DNA of 64,000 nucleotides from Sphagnum compactum (Eukaryota): positions 12,152,001-12,216,000 of the forward strand of contig OZ234494.1 in NCBI GenBank assembly GCA_965153455.1. Reading direction: 5' to 3'. How positions within the stretch are numbered: position 1 is the first letter of the stretch; the number at the start of each line of letters is the position of its first letter. Shown here in pieces: positions 1 to 11,047 of the stretch. The translations under genes were made by a program, and so were the position numbers. Below the pieces are notes generated by a model. The model did not search any database, was not told the DNA's origin, and was given only the letters and a program-made list of their open reading frames with translations.

Positions 1-2526
1 ATTGGTTTTGGAATATTTTCCATTAATTACAAAGTTTACATGTTCAAAGTTTGACACAAATCAAAAATGTTTTTGTATGTTGAAAGCATTCAAACCTTGA
101 GAATGGATAATCCTTATTTTATTCAAATGTTTTTTTTCCTACCAAATGTGCGTCATTCCTTTTTAAAATTGGAGAGGATTTTAACATTCATGATTAAAAA
201 GGCACAAGGATTTGAATCGATGAATTTTTTTTTTATAACCAATTTGAGCACATTTGGTTCAAAAGTGCTTTTGACCTTGAAAATTATAGATTTTGAAAAT
301 GTGCCTTTAACAAAAGTTATTCATGTTTATGTGATAGAAAGCATGAATTACATAATATACATGATATAAAATCAATTTGTAGTCAAAATGTATTTGTATT
401 TAAAATGTAATGCTAAAAGGGGTACCCAAAACACAAATTTTAAAGTTATAAACCAACACAAAAATGACATCTGTCATGTGTAGTCTTTGGAAAAGGACTT
501 TTACCTTGACGCCCTTGGTACCTTTGACCGTGTTTCACCCACCAACAAAATTGTTGTTTATTGGGCCAAACCCCCCTAAAATGAATCTTTATTGCAAAAA
601 TTTAAAACTTGTATCAATCAAATTTGTTTAGTTGAATGTGAGTAGTACAAAAGGTTTTTATGACCCCTATGCAAGTATTACATTTGAAAAGGAAAAACCC
701 AATGTTTGTTTTGTGAATGCCATGTAGGTATTACACTTTGAATACCTTCAATCCAATTTATTTTTGGTGACCCTAATGTAAGTATTATAATTTGTACACC
801 TTTAATTCAATTTTGTTTTTGTGACCCTATGTGAATATTGCAAATGTTGCGTTTATTTCAATGGCAAATAAACACCAAAAATATGGGTATTGCATCTTTT
901 GTATTAATGATTTTTTGTATTTATGGAAGTATTGTACCAAAAGTTTCATGGAAAATGTATTAATCCACATCAATGCAACCAAAAATGTTCAAAGAACTAC
1001 CCAAGAAATGCAAAAAAGGACATTCATCTAACTCAAAGACCATCATCATTAAATCCATTAGCTTGATGGTAAACCTAAGTTACCACTTTTGTCAACCTTG
1101 TTATGATGGTTCATGTACCTTTGGTGGTGTTCTATGGCGAGATGAATTACATCCGCCACAATCAATTTTATGGTTCCAAACAACCTAAATCACAATTAAA
1201 AAATTAGTTTTAGACTTGAAACTTTTAATTGAATTTTAACTAATGGAAGGATTTGAAAACATATACCATTCACGAATCATTTTCAATGCATGGAAATCAA
1301 AGATTATTTACATATCTTCAACTTGAGTGGACTAATTGCTACACTCCCACTCCCACAAGGTAGCATTCCATGCGACCTTGGCTTTTTTAACATAAGAGAA
1401 TTTGCATTGAAAAAGGGTGTTAGCAAGAACCTCATCTTTTTCAATCCCTCTTTTGCCTTACTTGTCCTACTGCCTCACCCCCTCTTCCTTTTTTTCTACC
1501 CTTCTCCTTCTTTCCTTCTTTATGCTTGTCTTACTACCCCTCTCTTTCTTTCTCTCTGTTTGCCCTGCATATCACACACACACTTTTTTTCTTTCCCTAT
1601 TTTTTGTCATGTTGCCACACACACTTTTTCTTTCACTCTTTCCCTTTTTTGTTTTGCTTGTCCTACCACACATTCATAGAATCTCCCTCTCTTTTTTTAA
1701 CCCCTTTTTCTTTTTCTATCTCACTACCACACATATTTTCTTCCCTTTTTACATCTTGCTACCCTACATATCCCCACAAATGCACACTCTCCCACTTTCC
1801 TTCTTTCTATCCCGTTCCCTTTTTTTTCATGTTGCCACACACACACCCATCTTCCCTCTTTCACAAACACTAAATTTTAAAAAAAATTATAAAAAAGACC
1901 TTACTTGGTGTGTGTGAAAAAACTATTTCTGGAAGAAGAATAAGAAAGTGTTTGGAAGAAGGGAATTGAGAGGCATTTTTCTTCACATTGCTAGAAAAAA
2001 AAAACGTTGGAAGGTGTTACTACTAGAAGAAAAGGAAGAAGAAGAAAGAAGGATAAAGTGCAATATTATTATAAGAAGGAAAAAGAAAAAAAAAAGGGGG
2101 GGAAAATAAGAAAAAAACTTTGTTGTTGGGGTAGGTAGGGATGCTACTGGGTAATTGGGTTTTTAGTTTTTTTCAAATTGAGGGCTAGGGGGGAATAAGG
2201 AAAGGGGAAAAAGAAACCTAGTTTAGGATCATCCCAAAAATGCCTAAATGGCCTCATCCACCAATTGGCGCACATTTATACCTTTGTGGGGGTGGAAATG
2301 TTATGTTCTATATCTATTTTAGTATTTACTATTAGTATAAGTTCCTTACACCCAAGGGTAGGTCAATAAGTACTAACATTCATGGAAGGGGCATTAGAGT
2401 AATAAAACCAAACAAATGACAAACATAGTTGAAAACATAAATTCTATTCAACCAATTAGGTTCAATGTAACATGCATTCAATTGTCTCAATTTTTTTCAG
2501 TTTTCCACATCTTTTATCAAGTATAA

Positions 2527-5024
2527 CACTAGTAGAAAATGGTCATTTTGCAACTGGTTCATGCGACTAATTTTTAGTTGCAAGTGACATTTACAACTAA
2601 AATTTCAATAGTTACGTTGGACAAGTTGACACTAGTTGTAAACAACAACAAATTTTGGATGAAAAAAAAAATCAACAAAATACGCTTTCATCCTTTGACT
2701 GGTCATATACATATTGTCGTTTGCATTTAAGATGCGATTTTTTTGATGAATAATGGGAACAAGTTATGTGTTGCCATGTGTCCCAACTTTTAATAATTAA
2801 TATCTTATTATTATTTTGAAACAATCTAAGACGTTTAATTTTTATGTTTGGATGGTTTATATTATGACACGTGGTGTAATAGAAATTTGCCACCTAGCAT
2901 ATTAGTTGAAATTTTCCAAATTAAATTTAAATCAATATTTAGGTATGTAGGTTGAACTAGGTACTTACCTACCTATATACCTACCTACCCATCTAGGCTA
3001 AACATCTATCTAAATAAGGCCTATTTACCTACCTAGGCCAAAAACCTACTTAGGTAGGTAAAACAATAGGTAGGTAAATTAAGGAAGTAGGTAATTAGGT
3101 GTAAGTACATGAATATTTATATTTTATTTTGGGTTAAGTCATTTTTATTAACTCATCCCATATGCCCATCTTTTTAAATATGAAAATGTGAGACAAAACA
3201 CCTTAATTGTATATTTTTCAAGATGAGAATGAAAGCCAAAACATATGGGATAAACTTTTTAGTTGTAAGTCGTTTATAACTAAAAATGATTGCAAACAAC
3301 TTACAACTAAAAAGTTTATCCCATATGTTTTGGCTTTCATTCTCATCTTGAAAAATATATAATTAAGTAGGTAAATGATAACAAACTAGCTAATTAATTA
3401 GCTAACTAATTAGCTAATAAAATTAATTAATTAACTAATAAAATTATTAATTATTTAATGAATACAATATATAATTTCGATAATAACCTTGTTAACTAAT
3501 TATATTACTAAATATTACTTAATTTATTAGTTAGATAAATATTAATAATATTAAATTATATATATAATTATTATAATGTATCAACCAATTTAATTAACTA
3601 ATAATTTGCTAATATTTAAATAATTAACTAATTATTCATAACTAATAAATTATTAATTCGTAACCAAATAAATTAATATAATAACTGAAATATTCAGTAC
3701 TTAATAATTATTAACTATTAATTATAAATATTGAATACTAGTTTTTCTATATCTAATGATATAATCAAAACCTATCCTAGGCTAATTATTTTATTATAAT
3801 TATTACCATTAATATTTTCATTTATATAATTGATAATAAATATAAAAGTAAATATTTAATAGTGGCAATAACATTAATTCAATGATTATTGTAGCTAGTT
3901 GATAGCCAAGGTTAATTATTTTATTTTTATTATTCATATTATTACTTCACTCATTAAAAATATTTATGAACTATTACAAAAAATCTTTTATATTTTTAAT
4001 AAGTATTCTGCATTTGTATAATGATTTACTATATTTCCATTCTAACTAATACAGTAATTATTATAAAGTAATAAAATAATGAAACTGAAATTAAAAATAT
4101 ATGTCATTCATTTTTTATAATAATTTAATTATTAATAATGAATAATTATCAATTATTAATTTGAAATGTAAAAATTAGAAATATATTAATATTTCCTAGT
4201 GATTATTATATTAATCTAATAATATTTCATAATTGATTACTTATAATAATAATAATAATGTAATTTGTAACTAGCATAGGTTAGTTATTTTATTATAATT
4301 ATATATTATTATGTCATTGTTTACAACTATTATGATTTATTTTAATTAATTTTTCATTTTTAATAAATAAAAATTAATTCTTAATAAGTACATTAGTCAT
4401 TTGAAAAAAAATTAACAATAATATAATGATATATTTATTTATTTAATTTCATGTAATTAATATAAAATATAAAATATTAATACGAATAATTAAATTTATC
4501 ATTTGTAATAATTTCAAGAAATATAATAAGATGTTTTGGATAAATTTTTAATATGGACATAATATATTTAGCAAATATCTTACATAAAATTTTCATATAC
4601 TCAAAATATACATTATTTAATGTAACCATAATATCAAGGTCATTTATGTTAATAATAATACTTGAATACACATCTAATATGGTTGTTCATATAAATTCAA
4701 AATATACATTTATAAATCCTAATACACCCAACCATATTCCTTATAATTCACAAAATACACCTTTGTATATTCATAAGGTTACAACTAAATTGGTCACAGT
4801 TGCAATTAATGGGACGTAAATTATTCTTTTGGGATGAAAATTAAATTAAATGTTGTTCACATGGAAAGATGAACACCAAAATAATTGCAAATTAGTGGCA
4901 CTGTAGTTGCAAAATATGATCAACACAAAAAATAGTTGCAAAAATGTTTAAATGTAGTTGCAAATAATTAATAGTCGCATGTAGTTGCAAATAATGATTA
5001 CATTTTGGCCAATTTCTACTAGTG
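2527..5024. mobile_element. Non-autonomous CACTA (En/Spm) DNA transposon
   Basis: The left end is CACTAGTAGAAAATGGTCA and the right end is TGGCCAATTTCTACTAGTG, a 12-bp perfect TIR that stays near-perfect to ~19 bp. TAA flanks both ends (2524-2526, 5025-5027), giving a 3-bp TSD. TAGTTGCAA/TTGCAAC-like subterminal repeats cluster at both ends. No transposase ORF is visible. Confidence 0.88.
3202..3367. repeat. Long inverted repeat (78-bp arms, ~10-nt loop)
   Basis: 3210-3270 is the exact reverse complement of 3299-3359 (61 bp). The arms extend to 3202-3279 and 3290-3367 with 4 non-Watson-Crick positions. Confidence 0.95.
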
Positions 5025-5084
5025 TAACTAGAGCTTCACACTCCTACTCATTATTAGTGATGATGAACATTTGCAACATAACTT

Positions 5085-5375
5085 GAATTGAATTTGAATT
5101 AAGTTGAAATTCAATTTAGATAAATTTGATTTCAATCCAACTAAATTCAATTTTTAAAAATGGGATGCAAATTGATGGGAAAAGGTATTGAAAGTCACAT
5201 GAATATGGCATTGGAATTTTTTTATGAAAAAACACTTATCTGAAAGGACATATTTCCATGCCTCTTTATTTGAAAGTGAACTAAACATGTTTTTGTTTGG
5301 AATTGTCCAAGTGACAACTATGATTTATGGAAACTAAAATTAACATACTTAAAATCAACTTTGATGTATCATTGT
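5085..5375 (+). repeat. Dispersed repeat fragment, related copy at ~27175-27440
   Basis: Both copies show the same order of motifs: AATTGAATT/AATTCAATT, then AATTGTCCAA..GACA.CTATGA, then ATG.ATCAT. Aligned by eye only. Confidence 0.5.
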
Positions 5376-7507
5376 GATTAAAATTATTTTAAAATTCCAA
5401 ATTTTCTATTATACTCAATTGTTGAAAAAAATTAATTTACTTATTTCAAAATTCTCAAAAACAATTATGATGAATTAATCAAGTTCATTGTGAAAAATAA
5501 AATTTGGGATCCACCCCACAATTGATATAACTAATGGTAAGTATCTATGTAATGAAAAGCCTTACCCCATGCATAGAGCCCTAATTATTTTTTTAATGTT
5601 AAGGATGGAAAATGGTTTTATATATTAAAAATATCCAAAATGTTACTCCTAGTTCAACCCTATTTCCCCCCATCCCTAATTTCATTCTTTGATAACTTAA
5701 TCATATAATAACACAAAATAATGGTGAAATTTGAAACAAGGGTCAAAACTAAAAATTGATTGATGTTGTTATCTCTCTCCATGAATCTAAAACCCTCTAA
5801 CAAGATCCACCTAATTCTCTTTGTGCCTATTACCAACCCCCTCTTCCTTCATGCACTTTCTCTTGATGTTGAGGAGTTTGACATTTTTTCATTGTCAAAA
5901 TTTTTGACACCTTTGAACTCACCTCCTACCTTTTGTTCAACCCCCCCCTTCACATTTATTAGTTATGTCGAACAAAGGCATTGTGGGAACACCTTCTGAG
6001 TGGATATAGGGGTTGGAGAATCAAAGTTGGCTGAATAGATAAGGTTATAGCTTTGCGTGTAAGTTTTTTATTGGCCCAAACTAATGGATGGGCATGTAAA
6101 GATTTTGGGTGCAACCACAAAATTGATGGGTTATTTTGAAATCTACCCATCTATTTGTTGGGTTTCTTTTCCAAATATGAATGTTGATAATTGATTTAAC
6201 CATGTTTCTATATCATTTTATTCTTTTTGGGTTGTACTTGTTTTTTTGTATCACGAGGATATCCCTATGAAATGTTTAAAACGATTCATATGACTAATTT
6301 TTTAAATGAATTTTTTTTGATAAACATATAAATAATTTACTTCAATTCTTTTAAATCTTATGAAACTAAGATTTGAAAAATTATGCAAGAATTGATTAAG
6401 ATAAAACACATCAATTTTAAAATAAATATAAATTTTTAAAAAAATAATTTTGAGATATAAATGTTTTTAATTAATTTGATGTTATTTTAACCCTTCAATA
6501 TAGATTTGATGAAGATTTAATAACAAAAATGATGAAATTAATTTTTAATCGATTTTTTTGGTATTGTTATTGCATTTTATGTTATAAAATTTTATTATTG
6601 GCCTAAGATAGTAGATATGCATGTATGATTTTAGGTTTTACCGAACATGCATGGGGCAAACACAACTAGTTATAAAACTAGGTGGGGGTCCAATCGGGTT
6701 TATAGGTAAAAATTTAGGGAAAGCAAAAGGGTTGAGGTTTTTTTTTTTTCTTCTTCTCGCACCGGTTTGGTTTTTTTTATTTGGGGTTTCAATAGGTATA
6801 AGGAATGGATAATTCAATTAGATTGAAAGAATTACAAGTTTTAAATGGAGCTTTAAAAAAAAAGGACAAAGGGTTAAGATTTTTTATTTTTTTCAAAAGG
6901 GTTTTTTTTAAGGGATTGGGGAAGGGAGGATGGGGTAATTCCACCCTTTTCTAAAGGAGGTTTTTTTTTAAGGATTGGGCATTTGGGGATTGCTTTAAAC
7001 TTGGTAATATGAAAAAGGTCAAATGCACTTTGACAAAAGTACTTACCAAAACCACAACATTGATGGAACACCATTACAATGCGTATGGTGTGCTTCATTG
7101 AAATAATTTACCAAAGCCATTATGTAGGACCTTCCTGGAATGGGCCTACCATTCCACATAGGAAAATATCAAGCTTGGTAGAGCCATATGCCATTCTAAC
7201 AATTGGTAATAGATTATACATGGCGTATTCCAAAGTGAAGTGTTCCCCACTGTTGATTCAAATTAACAAATTGTTCCTCATCATTGTTGATTCAAATCAC
7301 AAGTGGAATTAGTGGAAACACATGTCTCACTTAGGAAAGAACTAACGCATTCCATGTAGGATAACTAATATATCAGGTGGTAATGGATTCTATTAGGGCA
7401 TGTTATAGAATTTTCCCCATTGTTGATTCACAAATCAAGCCTATTTTCCACCATGGATTCACATTATAAGTGCAATAAACCACACCCAAAATTGGAACAA
7501 GTAAATG

Positions 7508-7893
7508 GTTACCCCATCTTTTAATTACCAGTATCTTTTGATGCATGTGCACACATCCCATCGACCCTATGGATATCCATTTTTTATGTTGCGTTCATGG
7601 CAATGAATGCATAGGAACCCATGATGCAGTTCGTAATAGCTTTGCTACCATTGTGTGAGATGTTGGCTTTCACATGGGACAAAAACAATTACATGTGCTT
7701 GTTACCCCATCTTTTAATTACCAGTATCTTTTGATGCATGTGCACACATCCCATCGACCCTATGGATATCCATTTTTTATGTTGCGTTCATGGCAATGAA
7801 TGCATAGGAACCCATGATGCAGTTCGTAATAGCTTTGCTACCATTGTGTGAGATGTTGGCTTTCACATGGGACAAAAACAATTACATGTGCTT
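7508..7893 (+). repeat. Perfect 193-bp tandem duplication
   Basis: 7508-7700 and 7701-7893 read identically (GTTACCCCATC...TTACATGTGCTT). Confidence 0.95.
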
Positions 7894-8545
7894 CTTTCAA
7901 CCACATTCAATTCTTTTTGTTGACAAGTTGACATTGTGTTCACCAAAGATGGCATTTGCACCTTGACTGGTGTTATCATTGCCGACCCAACACAAGCAGA
8001 TTTATTTCGTCAATTTGCACAACTTAAGGATTTGATGCCCTCAATGCAATTCAAGCTAAAGAAAGGATTTATCGTGATCGACACCCCACTAATCAGTTCA
8101 TCCTTTTAACAATTGAGGTTTTTGGGTATTTACACAAACAAGTTAATGTGTTTTTACATGATTGTGCCAATGCCATTTAGAGCTTAAAAGGGTTAGAGGG
8201 CCTTCTTCTTTATGTTTTGATTTTTTTTTTCGTCAAAAAATTTCAATCACATTGCAAAAAATGCAAACATCCTCCATCTTAAGTCGAGTGGTTAATGTAG
8301 GCCTATAAGTTACTTTTTGACTTCCACCCTTTCAGCACACACTTCCCATCACCACAATTGACCTATTATAGGCAATCGATTTTTGACATGAAATATTGCT
8401 GACCTACTACATGGGGTCAATTTTTGACATGGAAAGATTTTGACATTTAGTTTGAGCTAACATGACGTCCTATAAAACTTTTTTTTTCCTTTTTCTTATT
8501 CCTTTGTACATTTTCCAAATCTTTCAATGTCTTTATAAAAAAAGT
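7508..8545 (+). mobile_element. 5'-truncated, decayed non-LTR retrotransposon with zinc knuckle and restriction-like endonuclease (CRE/SLACS-like)
   Basis: Translation through stops and frameshifts gives CMCTHPIDPMDIHFLCCVHGNECIGTHDAV...QVDIVFTKDGICTLTGVIIADPT...AIQAKERIY...FILLTIEVFG...ISITLQK. This fits a CCHC knuckle, an HD motif, a PD-(D/E)xK-type core and a K..Y motif. An A-rich end follows at ~8535-8545. Confidence 0.72.
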
Positions 8546-8959
8546 TTTGCAAGGTTACATCATCACTTGGCCCACCTTGGAAAAAACCTAGAAAAGGACA
8601 CCCAAACCAATTAAGATAGAAAATGTAGTTGTGAACTTATCATCCAATAAAAATTCCACAATTATTGATGTGTTTCATTCAAGTTAATTACATGAATACA
8701 TTTTGAGTCACCTATAATATTCACATGATGTGACTTTCAAATATTGGTCTTTCCTTAATAAACTAAAATTTCATAGACAAAGGACAACAAAGAAATATTG
8801 AACAAAATCTCTTCCTATCAACAAAGCATGAATGTTCAACAAGTGTGGCATAAAGCTCCAAGGTTGTGGCATTCCTTTCCCCTCCCCCTCCCAGCCCTCC
8901 CCACCAAAAAGAAGACCTTGGTAATTAAGTCTATTTTGGGAATTTCCTTGTGAGAAACA

Positions 8960-9514
8960 TCTATCTATCTATGAAGGAAGGTAGTTTGTTTTGTAGTTAT
9001 GAGATCCACTGAACTGGGATGTTTCAGATCATAGTCTTGGTGTCTTTGGAAAGCTCTTGACGAGGAGGGGTGCATGGGCTTGGTTCCATGGTGTTTGGAC
9101 TTGCGATGCAAAAGTTCTTGAATATTGAATGACTTCTTCACTGAAAATTAAATTAAATTAAATTAAATTAAATCATAGCTGAAAATCTCGGAGGAATTCG
9201 AATGTGCCTTTGGTGTTGTTGGAAAGATCTTGATGAGCAGGATTTAATGGAATTTATTTGGTAAGATTTGGATTCAAAATGTGGGAGATATTGATTTTAA
9301 AGTGATTTTCTGCCGCTGAAAATGCAAAATAAATTCCAAAAAACCAGGTTTTGGAAGAAAAATCAGTTGAGAACGTGGTAACACGTGAAGGCTAACCAAT
9401 TCAATTCAAGCATAATTTCCTTTCATATTTGGCTATTCAAAAAATCCATATATACATGCTTTTGCCTACTTTATAATGGGTTCACACTTGAGCCAACGAC
9501 ACAAGCTACACTAG
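8960..9514 (+). mobile_element. Small non-autonomous Helitron-like element
   Basis: It starts A|TCTATCTATC and ends ACACTAG|T, i.e. 5' TC and 3' CTAG inserted at an AT target with no TSD. A short imperfect hairpin GGTTCA-cact-TGAGCC lies ~20 nt before the 3' end. An internal (AATTA)n tract is at ~9147-9172. Confidence 0.65.
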
Positions 9515-11047
9515 TTATATATAAGGGAAGCCACATGTGTTAGTGCTTTCTTTGCATAATGGTCGAGGGCTTAAATAATGCACTTACACAAACTTTCGTT
9601 AGACAAGGATGACAAACTCATATTATGTTATGAAATTTTCCCTTGTTTCTTTGTAGGAAATCCCTTTGCTCCAAGCTAGTGAAAAAATCGTGCCTTCTAA
9701 AGGTGCATTGAAAACACTATTATGCACGTTTGTCAAGGTCATTATGGATAATGAACTAATCGATAAATTGCGACCCTTTTACCTACTTATAAATGTAAAA
9801 GATTCATTATCACTTATTGTGAATATTGTGAATGAATTATTAATATTGTTAATACAATGAATATAATTGTATTGTAATTATATATTGTCAACACAATGTT
9901 GTTGGGAATCCACCCTTTCGTAAAGCTATTATTACTTACCTACCTACCTACCTTGGTACCACTTTCGTGACATGCTATATATTCTTGACATGCACTTGGT
10001 TGGTTACTCCTTCAATTTTATACATCAATTTTCACCAAAAACAAGCATAGATTTTTATTTTTATTTTTATTTTTTTGTGTCATGAATTTATTTATCTTCC
10101 TATATTTGCAAAAAAAATTTGAGTGAATTTTTTTTGGAAAATGATACAAATCTCAATTTAATTTTTTCTTGTGTAAATTCGACTAAATTTTCAAATTTTT
10201 ATTGAAATTATTTTGGGAAAAATATCAGTTTTGTAGAGTAAATTTGATTAATTGAAATTTCACCAAACAAATTCTCGATGTGACAAAATTTTAAAAAAAG
10301 AAAAGAAAACCACCCTTTTTGGCAATGATATATTTTTTCAATTTTCTGATGTTATGTCATTGGCTAGCATCCTAAAAAAAAGAGATTAATCATTAAATGG
10401 CAACAAGTTTTTAGAACCTGTCCAAATAGTAAGAAAACTAATAATAAAAAAATACTACCAAACTTTTAGAATCAGAGTCCGAAGATGTATTTTAGTCGAA
10501 AAAAAAATAAAAATCTCAAATTTATTTATTTTCGAGAATTGGCGACATTTTTCCTTTAAAAACGGGAATATTAAGACATAATATTTTATTCCCTTAAGCA
10601 AAAAAAATACATTTTGGCACATTTTGGCGAAACCTCGCACCCCCAAAAAAAAAAAAAAACGCCGACTGGTGGGAGGGGTGCAGGGGGTAGAGTTGACTGT
10701 TGGATACGGAGATAGGGAATGGACGGTGAAGATGTAAGGGAAAGTGCGGCGGAATTGTCCTTTAGCCCCCTATTCCAGCGCTCGATCCCACTCCCCTTCT
10801 CTTCCTTCCTCCTCTCCTCTCCTCTCCTCCCCTCTTCCCCTCTCGCAAGAGATCTCTCTCACTCCTTTCTTCTTCTCGCAATCTTTTTTTTCCCTGGAGT
10901 TTTTCTTCTTCTTCTTCTCTACCTCCCGGTTTGTTTTCGTCTGCTTGGTCGCCTTTTTTTGTATTTTTTTTTTCCCCCAATTGCGCCAGCGCTGGTGTGT
11001 GTGTGGGCTTGCTGCCGCGGTGTGGAGGAGGATTTTTGTAGCTCACC

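Noticed and set aside
1290..1917. Three overlapping plus-strand ORFs of 115-166 aa
   Set aside because: CT-rich low-complexity sequence that is open in all frames, with no protein motif.
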